Source: Waterburya sp.
GTDB taxonomy: Bacteria > Cyanobacteriota > Cyanobacteriia > Cyanobacteriales > Xenococcaceae
Reading direction: 5' to 3'
DNA length: 64,000 bases
Assembly (NCBI GenBank): GCA_965217895.1
Contig: CBDCJV010000002.1
Location: 3,360,001-3,424,000, forward strand
In this document: positions 51,806-62,265 of the stretch, one piece after another
Position numbering within the stretch: the stretch's first letter is position 1
Layout: each line of letters begins with the position of its first letter
Translations under genes and position numbers: made by a program
Notes under the pieces: generated by a model
Seen by the model: the letters and a program-made list of their open reading frames with translations, nothing else
Databases searched by the model: none
Told to the model about the DNA's origin: nothing

Positions 51806-53539
51806 ATGATATTCTCCTCGCTTACTAGCTCGATCGCCAATCAATCTACCTTAAACATCAATCGGCAATCTCGGTCTAGGAGTAAAATTGTCCAGAGCTT
51901 TGGTTCATATATTGTTTTAGGAGCTTTACAGGTAGTTTGCTCCCTGGGGCTGATTGGCTATTGGACAAAAAAAGCGGTAGCAGCAGAAGAAATCATCTTA
52001 AATTATGGGGCTTTGGAGTTTCCTGTTTCAATTAAGTCTCTAGAAACCTATGCCACTACAGGAAAAATTGAAGGAGAATTGGCTGGCTATGCTGGATTTC
52101 TGACCCCAGAACAATTACAGCAATTTAAAGTGGGTTTAACAACCAGTGCGGATTTCGATCATTTAGCGATCGCTCAATTTCTCTATTCTTTCCAGGGAGA
52201 AAAAATTTTAGACCGAGTTTCTAAAGTCATTAAAACCAAGGCTCGTCAACCTGGGTTTTATGCAATTCGTTCGGCGTTGATCTTAGCAGCAGCAGACGCT
52301 AAGGATGGTGGTTTAACACCCCTGAACTTTCTGCAAAAGTTTCCTACCAAAGTACTGCGAATTGACTCTAGCCAAGGTTTAAAAATTATCAAAGATCTCA
52401 GTCAAGTGGTTAAAAGCAATGAGCAGGCGATCGCTGCTGTGCAAACTGAAGCCACAAAAGAAAGCCAAGATTTAACCACGACTGCTCCTATAGCTCTAGA
52501 TTTAGCTCTATCAAAACCTGGTAAATATGCCTTTGCCAAACAGGTGTTGACGATGAAAGATAGCCGTCGCAATGATCCTTCGGGTCTGCTTGGCGATCGC
52601 ACTTTTCCCGTAGAGCTTTATTTACCTAAAGTCAAAAACAAGCAGCCATTACCATTGATTATTATTTCTCATGGTTTGGGTAGCGACCTGACTACTTTTG
52701 CTTATTTTGCTAAACATCTTGCCTCTCATGGTTTTGCCGTTGCTGTACCCGAACATCCAGGCAGCAGTGCTAGACAAATTGGAGCATTGTTAAATGGTTT
52801 GGTCAAGGATGTAACTCCACCCAAGGAATTAATCGATCGTCCTTTAGACATTAAGTTCGTGCTGGATTATCTAACTCGTAACTATGGCAAAAAGATTGAT
52901 ACCAACAATGTCGGCATGATTGGACAGTCTTTTGGAGCATATACCGCTTTGGCGATCGCAGGAGCAGAATTAAATTGGCAAACTCTAAATCGAGATTGCA
53001 CTAACCTGGATGATTCTTGGAATTTATCTTTACTGCTTCAGTGTCTGGCATTACAGATTCCTATTATAGAAACTGGCGTAAATTTAAAAGACGAGCGCAT
53101 TAAAGCAGTAATTGCCATTAATCCTTTGACTAGCTCCGTCTTTGGCGAACAAAGCCTAAGTAAAATTAAGATTCCTGTAATGCTAGTATCAGGTAGCTCA
53201 GATCCCGTCACGCCCTCTTTGTCTGAGCAAATTATTCCCTTTACTTGGCTAAAAACTCCCAAAAAGTATTTAGTGCTGCTAGAGGGTGGGACACACTTCT
53301 CAACCCTTAATGAGTCGGCTGGGAGTATTCCTGTTCCTGCTGGCGCGCTCGGTCCCGATCCTAAAATAGCTCAAGGCTATATCAAACAATTAGGATTAGC
53401 GTTTTTTAGTACTTATATTACTGACAAGTCAACTTATGCTCAGTATCTCAATGCCCAATACGGATCGCTAATCAGTAAACCAGCCATACCCTTGAGCTTG
53501 ATAGAATTTCTAAATTCAGAATCTCTACAGCTAAATTAG
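51806..53539 (+). CDS. DUF1400 + alpha/beta hydrolase
   Basis: AAEEIILNYG, ISHGLGS, GQSFGAY, GGTHFS. Confidence 0.9.
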   Translation: MIFSSLTSSIANQSTLNINRQSRSRSKIVQSFGSYIVLGALQVVCSLGLIGYWTKKAVAAEEIILNYGALEFPVSIKSLETYATTGKIEGELAGYAGFLTPEQLQQFKVGLTTSADFDHLAIAQFLYSFQGEKILDRVSKVIKTKARQPGFYAIRSALILAAADAKDGGLTPLNFLQKFPTKVLRIDSSQGLKIIKDLSQVVKSNEQAIAAVQTEATKESQDLTTTAPIALDLALSKPGKYAFAKQVLTMKDSRRNDPSGLLGDRTFPVELYLPKVKNKQPLPLIIISHGLGSDLTTFAYFAKHLASHGFAVAVPEHPGSSARQIGALLNGLVKDVTPPKELIDRPLDIKFVLDYLTRNYGKKIDTNNVGMIGQSFGAYTALAIAGAELNWQTLNRDCTNLDDSWNLSLLLQCLALQIPIIETGVNLKDERIKAVIAINPLTSSVFGEQSLSKIKIPVMLVSGSSDPVTPSLSEQIIPFTWLKTPKKYLVLLEGGTHFSTLNESAGSIPVPAGALGPDPKIAQGYIKQLGLAFFSTYITDKSTYAQYLNAQYGSLISKPAIPLSLIEFLNSESLQLN

Positions 53540-53815
53540 GTAAGAGTAGATAAAATTGGCAATTAGAGATAGGGCGATCGCTACTACGCTACCACCAATT
53601 ATTTTTAACCAGCCGAGTAATTTTTCAATCTCACTCAATCGATGATCTAGGTTGTCTATCTTCGATTCAACTTCACCCATTCGACGATCTAGATTGTCTA
53701 TCTTCGGTTCAATTTGGCTAAATTTAAATTCAATTACCGACAGCTTTTCAGCATTTTTAACTAGCTGATTTAGTATTGCTCCTTCGTATTGAGCTTTGGT
53801 TTCTGGGTTGGTCAT
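53531..53815 (-). CDS. Small coiled-coil protein with a C-terminal TM helix
   Basis: KIDNLD repeat followed by a hydrophobic tail. Confidence 0.65.
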   Translation of the reverse strand: MTNPETKAQYEGAILNQLVKNAEKLSVIEFKFSQIEPKIDNLDRRMGEVESKIDNLDHRLSEIEKLLGWLKIIGGSVVAIALSLIANFIYSYLI

Positions 53816-54033
53816 TGTTATGATTAGTTTGATTGAGAAAAAAGCATCTCCTGTATTGGCAGTACGCGCAGATGCTTTTATTCTACCTTTAGCGTTTTTC
53901 GGATTCAGAGACTACTGAAAGATTCATGGTTGGCAATTGTGACTTATCCAGAATTATCAATCCAGACAAGCCTTTGTGTACCGATCGCTATCGCTAAAAT
54001 CTACCAACTCAATGCAACCCTAACTGATTACTG

Positions 54034-54306
54034 TTACAAAACCCCTGCATTGCCCAAGCCGAGAATAATTCCCGCGCCCAGAATATGACCTAAGCTAGTA
54101 GTTGCCAACAGTTCAGGTAAACCGAAATTATCCCATACTTCAGGTTTGGGTACGGGCAAGCTAGGGCCTTGTCCTGAATTTTGAATCGCATAGCGACCAA
54201 TGGCAATACAAAATAGATTAGACATAATCATGACTATTGCCACGGTAGGTGTCCAATCGGCTGTTGAAGGAGCGTATTGAACTGCTAAAAGAAAATTAGA
54301 TATCAT
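54034..54306 (-). CDS. psaK: Photosystem I subunit PsaK
   Basis: IAIGRYAIQ...PELLATTSLGHILGAGIILGL. Confidence 0.95.
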   Translation of the reverse strand: MISNFLLAVQYAPSTADWTPTVAIVMIMSNLFCIAIGRYAIQNSGQGPSLPVPKPEVWDNFGLPELLATTSLGHILGAGIILGLGNAGVL

Positions 54307-54466
54307 TATGAATCTTGACTCCTCTGCTCTTTAAATATTTTTTTGATTACGCTAGTTTATAGGAATTATAAAAATCTCTCTGTGCAAAACCGCGTTTCTT
54401 CTAAATAATTAACAGTAGTTCAAAGTTTTACTAAAAAAACACGGTGTTATCTGGAAAAGAGTACGT

Positions 54467-55114
54467 ATGCGAGTTAAAATCTGCGGAATCACTCAAATTA
54501 AACAGAGTCAAGAAATTGCGGCATTGGGCGCAGATAGCTTGGGCTTCATTTGTGTAGAGCGATCGCCTCGCTATATTACTCCAGTCAATATTAAGGCGAT
54601 CGGCGATCGCCTGCCACCTCAAGTTAATAAGGTAGGAGTTTTTGCCGATCATTCTTTAACTGAAATTATCACGGTAGTTAATACAGCAAATTTAACTGTG
54701 GTGCAGCTACACGGTTTAGAAACTCCAGACTTTTGCGCTCAATTACGTCAGGCACTTCCTAGTGAAATTGAACTAATCAAAGCCTTTCGGATTAAAACTG
54801 CTGCATCTTTGCAAGACACTAAAGCCTATACAGACAAGGTTGATACTTTGCTCTTGGATGCTTATCATCCTCAAATGCTGGGTGGGACAGGTCAAACTAT
54901 TGATTGGCAAGACCTAAAACAATTTAAACCAGCTTTACCTTGGATGCTGGCTGGGGGATTAACCCCTGATAATATTGTTGATGCTTTATCTCGCCTCCAA
55001 CCCAACGGCATCGATCTTTCTAGTGGCGTAGAGCGATCGCCTGGAGACAAAGACTTAAATAAGGTAATTCAACTCTTTAAACAATTAACAAACTCACGTA
55101 TCACGTGCGGCTAA
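54467..55114 (+). CDS. trpF: Phosphoribosylanthranilate isomerase
   Basis: VKICGIT, VQLHG, LLLDA, GGTG, LAGGLTPDN, DLSSGVE. Confidence 0.96.
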   Translation: MRVKICGITQIKQSQEIAALGADSLGFICVERSPRYITPVNIKAIGDRLPPQVNKVGVFADHSLTEIITVVNTANLTVVQLHGLETPDFCAQLRQALPSEIELIKAFRIKTAASLQDTKAYTDKVDTLLLDAYHPQMLGGTGQTIDWQDLKQFKPALPWMLAGGLTPDNIVDALSRLQPNGIDLSSGVERSPGDKDLNKVIQLFKQLTNSRITCG

Positions 55115-55146
55115 AGCCTTAGTTTGCGTCTTGATGCGAACAAGTC
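55106..55146 (-). repeat. Small dispersed repeat also found inside the B12 riboswitch
   Basis: Reverse complement contains CTAAGGCTTTAGCCGCA (exact match to 1131-1147), AGACGCAA and GACTTGTYCGCATC. Confidence 0.8.
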
Positions 55147-55148
55147 TT

Positions 55149-56426
55149 TTAAATCACTAACACTGGAATTTCTACATTTATCCAACATCCTTGACCGTAT
55201 TTACTGATAATGGCGATCTTTCCTGATAATGCTGCGGTACGCTCTTTCATTCCTTGTAACCCAAAGCCAGTAGTATTATCGCTTTGATTGAAGCCACAGC
55301 CGTTGTCTTGGATAGCCAGCAAAATCTTTGACCCTGTTTCTTTCAAAGATAGGTTTACTTTGGTTGCTTGACTATGTTTACTAATGTTGGTTAGTGCTTC
55401 TTGGACGATACGGTACAGTGCCGTATTAACTTCAGTTGGTAAGGTAGAAATCAAATCAATTTCTGAGGCGATCGCAATATTTGTATTAGACTGAAACTCT
55501 AAGATTAATTCTTCTATGGTTGTCAAGAGCGATCGCTCTTGGAGCGGATTTGTTCTTAGTGTTGCGATCGAAGCTCGAATGTTAGCCAGGGCATCTTTGC
55601 CTAACTGTCTGGCTTTGGCTAAATGACTAGCAGCTTTAAGTCGATCTTGAGCTAAAAACATCGCAGCATTTTCTAGCTGAATACTTTGAGCAGTTAGATA
55701 ATGACCAACAGAGTCGTGAATTTCCCTGGCAATGCGATTTCTTTCCTGTAAGGTTGCCTGATTTTCGATTTGCAGCGCATATTCTCTTAAACGACGATTG
55801 GCTTGAACTAACTTAGCTCTACTTTCATGTTCAGCTATGACTGCACTTACCAATAAAATAACAAACGCCAGCACAAAAGCAAACAGCAACGCAGAATTAA
55901 AAGCCAAACCAAATAAAACTCCACGCAATTCTTCTGGTGGTAAACGTTTTGGCAGTGGCAATGGTTTATCTAGAGGAATGCCAAACAGACTTATCTTCAT
56001 CAAAGCCATGATTTGCACAGTCAAAAACGAAGCATAAGCCAAAATGGCGGTCAAAATTCTGCCACTCCAGGAAAATAATAAACAGGCGCGAATTACCACC
56101 ACTAAGAGTAAAGCAGGAAAGACTCTTTCTCCTCTTCCTACTAATAATATTGTGAGCCAACTTAAAATGAATCCGCTACCAATATAAACTTGTGAAATTA
56201 ATCTTGAGTTGCTAGGTAATCTCAAACCCATTACTCCCAAAAGGGCAATACAGGCAATTCCTAATGCAGTCAACCAAGGTGAATAAGATAAGTGAGAATG
56301 GTGATGAGGACGAGGAGGAGGGTGAGAAATTGTCCAACTAAATGCAGCGAGTAAAGCAATTCCTAATAAGACCCATTCTAGATATAAAAGTAAACGAAAC
56401 GAATGTCTGTGCCAAGTATTAGCCAT
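55149..56426 (-). CDS. Membrane sensor histidine kinase (HisKA_3, NarX/DesK-like)
   Basis: ERNRIAREIHDSVGH, YRIVQEALTNISKH, DNGCGF, GFGLQGMKER. Confidence 0.94.
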   Translation of the reverse strand: MANTWHRHSFRLLLYLEWVLLGIALLAAFSWTISHPPPRPHHHSHLSYSPWLTALGIACIALLGVMGLRLPSNSRLISQVYIGSGFILSWLTILLVGRGERVFPALLLVVVIRACLLFSWSGRILTAILAYASFLTVQIMALMKISLFGIPLDKPLPLPKRLPPEELRGVLFGLAFNSALLFAFVLAFVILLVSAVIAEHESRAKLVQANRRLREYALQIENQATLQERNRIAREIHDSVGHYLTAQSIQLENAAMFLAQDRLKAASHLAKARQLGKDALANIRASIATLRTNPLQERSLLTTIEELILEFQSNTNIAIASEIDLISTLPTEVNTALYRIVQEALTNISKHSQATKVNLSLKETGSKILLAIQDNGCGFNQSDNTTGFGLQGMKERTAALSGKIAIISKYGQGCWINVEIPVLVI

Positions 56427-56602
56427 TACGAAAATAAAAATTCAAGATTCACTTCCTATCTTCCTATTATTTATGGCTTCGCGAAAGTAGCAATAGTCCT
56501 AAAGTACCAAAAGAATTTAGGAATTTAGATCGAGGTAGATAGATAGAGCAATTTTCTAATATTTAGGTAATTGATACTTTAAACAATTCTAGGAGACGTT
56601 AC

Positions 56603-57079
56603 ATGAACTGGCGCACTTTTTCAGCAATTTTAGGCGTTTTATTAATTTTTCAAACCTGTCAAAGAATTAACGATAAACCGACCACTATGGCACAAGTACC
56701 ACCACCACCCCACGCTAAACATGACAAAAAACCTAAAGGAGAGAAAGTAGAGAAATTATTACAACAAATAGATCTCACTACAGAACAAAGGCAAAAAATC
56801 GCAGCAATTCAAGAAGAGTCCAATACTAAGACTGAAGCTTTAGAAGCTTTACATCAAGAAATGCACTCTCAGCATCAAAAAATGGAATCTCTATTAGTCA
56901 GCAATGCTAGTATCGAACAATTACGACAACAACACCAACAGCTTGAGAAACTCCATCAGCAATTGGGTAATAACCGTTTTGAAACGATGCTGCGGATACG
57001 AGAAGTACTAACCTCCGAGCAAAGAGCAAAAATAGCTGAATTGATGGAACAACATCGCGGCGAAAGATTCGATCGCTAA
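56603..57079 (+). CDS. Spy/CpxP family periplasmic chaperone
   Basis: LTTEQ and LTSEQ (LTXXQ) motifs, signal-like N-terminus. Confidence 0.88.
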   Translation: MNWRTFSAILGVLLIFQTCQRINDKPTTMAQVPPPPHAKHDKKPKGEKVEKLLQQIDLTTEQRQKIAAIQEESNTKTEALEALHQEMHSQHQKMESLLVSNASIEQLRQQHQQLEKLHQQLGNNRFETMLRIREVLTSEQRAKIAELMEQHRGERFDR

Positions 57080-57348
57080 CAGGCTTTTTTCGCCAATATC
57101 TCTGGCAGGCGATCGCGTCTGGGTTCGACTAAACTGAAAACTAAAAGTCACTTTAAGCCAATATTTTAGCCAAGTTAAGATCGACTTCAAAACGCGATCG
57201 CAAAACAATCAGTCGTGATTCGGCAATGTCTGTCCAAGATAAACATCGATTTGTTTAGCTTAAAGCTTAAGGCTTAGAGCTAAAGGCTTTTGATAAAATT
57301 GCAGCAGTTGCTACAAATTGCAGTAGATTTAAAAATTATGCTAGAGGT

Positions 57349-58641
57349 ATGAAGCTCAATAATTCTCGTCTTGGACTAGAGCAAGAATTTTTTATCGTCA
57401 ATCCAGAAGGGTTTCTATCCCATCGCGCTGATGAATTTTTAGAACGCTGTTGGCAGATAGCTAAGGCAAGAGATCGTTGTGCTGATTGTTTTGCTCCCGA
57501 ATTTGTTAAAAGCATTGTCGAAATTAATACCGTTCCCGTTAATAACTTTGCCGAATTAACTGCCGAATATCTCGACCTATTGAGGATTTTGCTGCAAGCA
57601 GCCAAAGAATTAGATTTGCGGGTATATCCCCTTTCTACCTATCCTCTGTACAGTACGCCAGTAATCAGGAATAAGCCCAATTATCATTTACAGGTTAGAA
57701 CTGTGGGAGCAGGAAGATTTGATAATGCGGCAAAGTGTACGGGGACGCATATTCATTTAGATCTGCCCGATGAAGTAGTAGATCCCCAAATCGGAATTGC
57801 TTACAATTCCTCTGCCGAAGCTAGAGCTAGGGTACTTAGTCTTTATAATCTGGCGATCGCTTTTGATGCGGCTATTATCTCTTTATCTCGTGCCTGCCCT
57901 TTTTATGAAGGCAAAGTAGCGGGAAAAGCCATGCGAACCATCCACTATCGAGGAAGCAAACGTTTTGCTTGGTCGGGAGTTTATACTAATCTCCAGTCTG
58001 TAGGCGGCTTAATGCCCTATGCCGAAACCGTAGAAGATTTAACCCAACAGCTATTTGCTCGCTATCATAGTTGGTTACAGGCGATGGATAATGCTGGTGT
58101 TGAGCGGTCATTATTTTTAGATTCTGGCGGTCAACTGTTGACTGCGGGATGGAATCCAGTTCGACTCAATTCTATCGGTACAGTAGAGCTAAGAAATGCC
58201 GACAGCAACTATCCCCAGGTAACATTAGCGTTAGTCGCTCTAATTTCTGAGGCTGCCAATCGAGTTCGTCGTGAAAACATAACCGTTAGACCAAAGCCAG
58301 GATGTAAAATATTTAAGCTACAGGGACAAGAATTAAGCGTGCCTGAATTTGATTATTTAAATAATGAGTTGCTATACGCTGCGGTAACAGAGGGCATCAA
58401 AAACACTGCGGTTAAAGACTATCTCGATTCAATTTTAGAATTTAGTTGTCAAAATGATAATGAAGTGGGGAATTATTTGTCTCGGTTCAAAACAACCCTG
58501 GGAGAATATACCACCACTGAGGAGCAATTATTGGCTAAATATTCCACCACCACGGGCATTATCTCACAGTCAGACGGTTTAGCTTTAGTTCGCTATTGCT
58601 GCGATCGCCTGGAAGAAGAGGTAAATTGTTTTACCAAATAA
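57349..58641 (+). CDS. Glutamate--cysteine ligase family 2 (carboxylate-amine ligase) protein
   Basis: LGLEQEFF, VEINT, GTHIHL, WNPVR, GTVELR. Confidence 0.82.
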   Translation: MKLNNSRLGLEQEFFIVNPEGFLSHRADEFLERCWQIAKARDRCADCFAPEFVKSIVEINTVPVNNFAELTAEYLDLLRILLQAAKELDLRVYPLSTYPLYSTPVIRNKPNYHLQVRTVGAGRFDNAAKCTGTHIHLDLPDEVVDPQIGIAYNSSAEARARVLSLYNLAIAFDAAIISLSRACPFYEGKVAGKAMRTIHYRGSKRFAWSGVYTNLQSVGGLMPYAETVEDLTQQLFARYHSWLQAMDNAGVERSLFLDSGGQLLTAGWNPVRLNSIGTVELRNADSNYPQVTLALVALISEAANRVRRENITVRPKPGCKIFKLQGQELSVPEFDYLNNELLYAAVTEGIKNTAVKDYLDSILEFSCQNDNEVGNYLSRFKTTLGEYTTTEEQLLAKYSTTTGIISQSDGLALVRYCCDRLEEEVNCFTK

Positions 58642-58649
58642 CTGGGTTT

Positions 58650-59472
58650 GGTAGAGTCGAGGAAGGTTATTAAGCCTCGCCCCTTTCTGTTAGAGCTGGG
58701 CGGGCGATTTTCATTGCACCCAGCTCTCGATATTCTTAGCTTTCGCTTTTGCTCATGTGTAAGAATTGGTGGCACGTCTGATGTATTGCTACTAAATTCG
58801 TTACTCTCCAATTCTGGTGATTTCCGTCTACGTGGTGTAGATGTACTTTCTGTTCCCCTAGGAATTTTAATCCGCAGGAACTACATGAATGGTTTTGCCT
58901 TTTGAGGGCTTTTGTTTTCGGAGTAAGAAACGTTAGGGAACGCTATGTCTAACAGTTTCTTGCTAGTGTGGCGGTTTTTGCTTTGTTTCTTTATTAAATA
59001 CCTTGTATGTGCGATTTTGGATGTGGTAAAGAGAGTTCCTTGACCCATCCATCTTGCAGTTTTTGTGATATTGTCTCCATCCTCTAACGAGTGCTAGTTT
59101 ATTAGCTTTTACTGTCGCTCCATAGTTTGATACTAAATCCGATTGGAAAAAGCATCTTAAGTATTAAGTTAGTTGTTCGTAGTTTGTAGTTCGTAATCCC
59201 AAAAAACTACAAACGACTAACTACCTACTACCTACTTCTTAATCCAACAGTTAAGTAACCTATACCAACAGGATTTAGTATGAGTTGTTAACGATGGCTT
59301 TTACTTTCTGGCGAAAAGTTTTGTAGTTACCCACTGAAGAAGTGCTACGAAACTTGCCGTTTTTCTGTACTTTAAAGTGCTAGCCTAGGAAGTCAAATTC
59401 ATCTGTCGTGGCGGTTAGCTTGGTTTTCTGCTCACTGACTTTCATTCCTCTTGTCGCTAGAAATTCGCTAAT
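58650..59472 (-). mobile_element. 5'-truncated, degenerate group II intron (RT6-7, X and HNH remnants; RNA domains V-VI), interrupted by a MITE
   Basis: Minus strand: ISEFLATRGMKVSEQKTK..FDFLG*HFKV..VKAIVNNS|NYG, VRGWRQYH, CSSCG..HLHHVDGNH..CH; DV at 58693-58726 GAGCTGGGTGC..GAAA..CCCAGCTC; DVI ending CTCGACTCTAC. Confidence 0.88.
59131..59280. mobile_element. 150-bp MITE, TIR TACTAAATCC, 3-bp target duplication TGA
   Basis: TGA|TACTAAATCC...GGATTTAGTA|TGA; removing it restores the intron ORF codons N-N-S-N-Y-G. Confidence 0.9.
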
Positions 59473-61136
59473 GTTGAATCAAAGCTATAAATAGTTTGGC
59501 TTTGAAGCACATTGAGGCTTGAAGGTTTTTGCTCAAGACGATAATTTTGACGATCTAATTTGACCTGTAAACCAGTCATCGGGTCATCTCCAGAAGCAAT
59601 CAAAAATTCTAAACGACCAAGGTTTTGCCATTGGGCTAAAGTATCTAAAATTTTGATGACCCCCCATAGATAGGGATGCTTACTGTCTTGATACCAATCT
59701 GAACTAGCTAAATTAGGTTGGTCAAAACCGAGATGAAAAATCAGAGAAGATCTGCTAAACAGAGCGATCGCGATCGGTCGAGCCTCTTCCTGAACTAAAA
59801 AGTTATGTTCTTGAGCAAGATAGCGAATTTTATCTAGCTTTTCATATTGAACTTCCGGGGTAATATCCTCTTGCCAAGTAATTCCTACGGTAATCAAATA
59901 AGTCTGCAATAGCAGATGACCCAGTTTTTTAGCTTTAGTAGCCAAATATCCAGAGTTGTAGTCAGTGGCTTCAATCAGCAAAGGCAGGCGATCCACCATT
60001 TCTAAACCATAACCTTTTAAACCAGCTATTTTCCTGGGATTATTAGTGATCAGGCGAATCTGTTTGATACCTAAATCATTGAGAATTTGCGCTCCCATGC
60101 CATAATCTCGCAAGTCGGCAGGAAAACCTAGCCTCTCGTTAGCTTCTACGGTATCTAGACCCATATCTTGGAGAGTATATGCCTTGAGCTTATTTACTAG
60201 TCCAATACCTCTACCTTCCTGGCGTAAATAAACTACAACTCCTAATCCATGCGCCTCGATCATTTTTAGAGCAGCCTGTAGCTGCATCCGACAATCACAA
60301 CGCATCGATCCCAGAGAATCTCCTGTTAAGCATTCAGAGTGCATCCGTACTACGGCAGGTTTAGTTGCCAGTTCCGCTAGATCTCCTTTGACAATTGCCA
60401 AATGTTCTGTATTGTCTAAAGTGTTGCGGTAAGCGTAAATTTGAAAGTCGCCAAACTGACTAGGAAACTTGCAGACTGTCTCTCGATAGACAAAGCGGTC
60501 GTGCTTCAGACGATAGCTGATCAGGTCAGCAATGCTAATCAGTTTAAGCTTATGTTCACGGGCATATTCTACTAATTCTGGTAGCCTTGCCATCGAACCA
60601 TTTCGATTTTGAATTTCACAGATGACTCCTGCTGGATATAAACCCGCCAATCTTGCCAAGTCTACTGCTGCTTCTGTATGCCCTGCCCTTTTTAAAACTC
60701 CGCCATTTCTCGCTCGTAAAGGGAAAATATGCCCAGGACGAACTAAGTCATCGGGAATACTGGCAGGATTGATTGCCACTTGAATCGTGCGGGCGCGATC
60801 ATCGGCAGAAATGCCCGTAGTCACTCCCAATTTTGGAGAAGCGTCAATACTAACCGTAAAGGCAGTTTGATTGCGATCGGTATTTTTGCTAACCATTAGA
60901 GGTAAATCTAAGGTATCCAGGCGATCGCCAGTCATTGCCAGGCAAATTAACCCTCTAGCTTCTACTGCCATAAAGTTAATCATGGCAGGAGTGGCAAATT
61001 GGGCAGCACAAATAAGATCTCCCTCATTTTCGCGATTTTCGTCGTCTACTACAACTATTGAGCGACCTGCTTTGATCTCAGCCAAAGCTGAATCGATAGA
61101 ATCAAAATTGACGGAACTGGTTTGAGGCGTTTGCAC
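59457..61136 (-). CDS. ribBA: Bifunctional DHBP synthase / GTP cyclohydrolase II
   Basis: VVDDENRENEGD, RAGHTEA, RMHSECLTGD, RCDC, RQEGRGIGL, TNNPRK. Confidence 0.96.
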   Translation of the reverse strand: MQTPQTSSVNFDSIDSALAEIKAGRSIVVVDDENRENEGDLICAAQFATPAMINFMAVEARGLICLAMTGDRLDTLDLPLMVSKNTDRNQTAFTVSIDASPKLGVTTGISADDRARTIQVAINPASIPDDLVRPGHIFPLRARNGGVLKRAGHTEAAVDLARLAGLYPAGVICEIQNRNGSMARLPELVEYAREHKLKLISIADLISYRLKHDRFVYRETVCKFPSQFGDFQIYAYRNTLDNTEHLAIVKGDLAELATKPAVVRMHSECLTGDSLGSMRCDCRMQLQAALKMIEAHGLGVVVYLRQEGRGIGLVNKLKAYTLQDMGLDTVEANERLGFPADLRDYGMGAQILNDLGIKQIRLITNNPRKIAGLKGYGLEMVDRLPLLIEATDYNSGYLATKAKKLGHLLLQTYLITVGITWQEDITPEVQYEKLDKIRYLAQEHNFLVQEEARPIAIALFSRSSLIFHLGFDQPNLASSDWYQDSKHPYLWGVIKILDTLAQWQNLGRLEFLIASGDDPMTGLQVKLDRQNYRLEQKPSSLNVLQSQTIYSFDSTLANF

Positions 61137-61491
61137 TACAAAAACTCAAATTAAATTAAAGTACCTAAAAATAAATCCTGAGTACTTAAACAATTGTAAC
61201 TTTTTCTCCCTGTAATTTTTACTAGCTAATTTTTAATTATTGGCTTATGGCTTTTAGATTGCTTTTTAGTATGAGCTATGTATTAAAGCTGCAACTTACT
61301 TGGTAACTGCTAATTGTCTTGAAAAATAAAATTATTAGCTGATGTTACGCACTTAATTAATCTGTAAAGATTGGGAAAGATTTCAGAGTCAAAGAAAAAA
61401 GGACTTGTTTTTTTATTCTTGTAGCTTATGCTGACTACCGATTTTCTTTTATAAGACTTAACATTAGATGATTAAATGACATTGCTGTTCT

Positions 61492-62265
61492 ATGGACATA
61501 TTTACGATCATTAAGCTTTTTCTAATTAACTTCTGGTGGCTTATAGCTATTGCTTTGGTACTATCAGTATTTAGAACTCCTTGGTTCAAAGGTGCCTTTG
61601 GCGAGTTTTTGGTCAAAGTTTTGCCGCGTTTAATGCTTGACAAAAAACAGTTTCATGCTTTTCATAATGTTATGCTTGCTACGCCTGATGGTACAACGCA
61701 AATCGATCATATTTTCGTATCAAAGTTCGGTGTTTTTGTTGTCGAAACGAAAAATATGAAGGGCTGGATTTTTGGTGACTCTTGGCAAGCAACTTGGACA
61801 CAGCAAATTTATAAGAGTAAGTACAAGTTTCAAAATCCACTAAGGCAAAACTACAAGCATACGAAAGCACTCGAATCTTTGCTCTCTATTCCTGAATCTG
61901 CTATTTATTCGGTGATTGTATTTGTCGGTGAAAGCACATTCAAAACTACCATGCCTGACAATGTTACCTACGCTAGAGGTTTTATTCGTTACATAAAATC
62001 AAAGACACAAGCTATTCTAAACGATTCGCAAGTACAAGCCGTGGTTTCAGCTATCAAATCGGGTAATCTTAAGGCTACGTTTCAGGCGCAACGAGGACAT
62101 ATTCGTAATCTTCAATCCCGAAGTAATCCAGACTCCCAGCAGCTTTGTCCTAAGTGTGGTAGTCTAATGTTTTTAAGAACTTCAAACAATGGTAAAAATC
62201 ACAGTAAGCACTTTTGGGGCTGCTCTCAGTATCCTAAATGCCGAACCATTCGGTCTGTCATTTGA
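61492..62265 (+). CDS. NERD nuclease domain protein with an N-terminal TM helix and a topoisomerase-type C4 Zn ribbon
   Basis: KGAFGE, TTQIDHI, VVETKN, NPLRQN, CPKCG...FWGCSQYPKC. Confidence 0.92.
   Translation: MDIFTIIKLFLINFWWLIAIALVLSVFRTPWFKGAFGEFLVKVLPRLMLDKKQFHAFHNVMLATPDGTTQIDHIFVSKFGVFVVETKNMKGWIFGDSWQATWTQQIYKSKYKFQNPLRQNYKHTKALESLLSIPESAIYSVIVFVGESTFKTTMPDNVTYARGFIRYIKSKTQAILNDSQVQAVVSAIKSGNLKATFQAQRGHIRNLQSRSNPDSQQLCPKCGSLMFLRTSNNGKNHSKHFWGCSQYPKCRTIRSVI

Noticed and set aside
58593..58905. Track ORFs 58593-58811 and 58648-58905
   Set aside because: They overlap intron domains V/VI and the HNH remnant in non-homologous frames.
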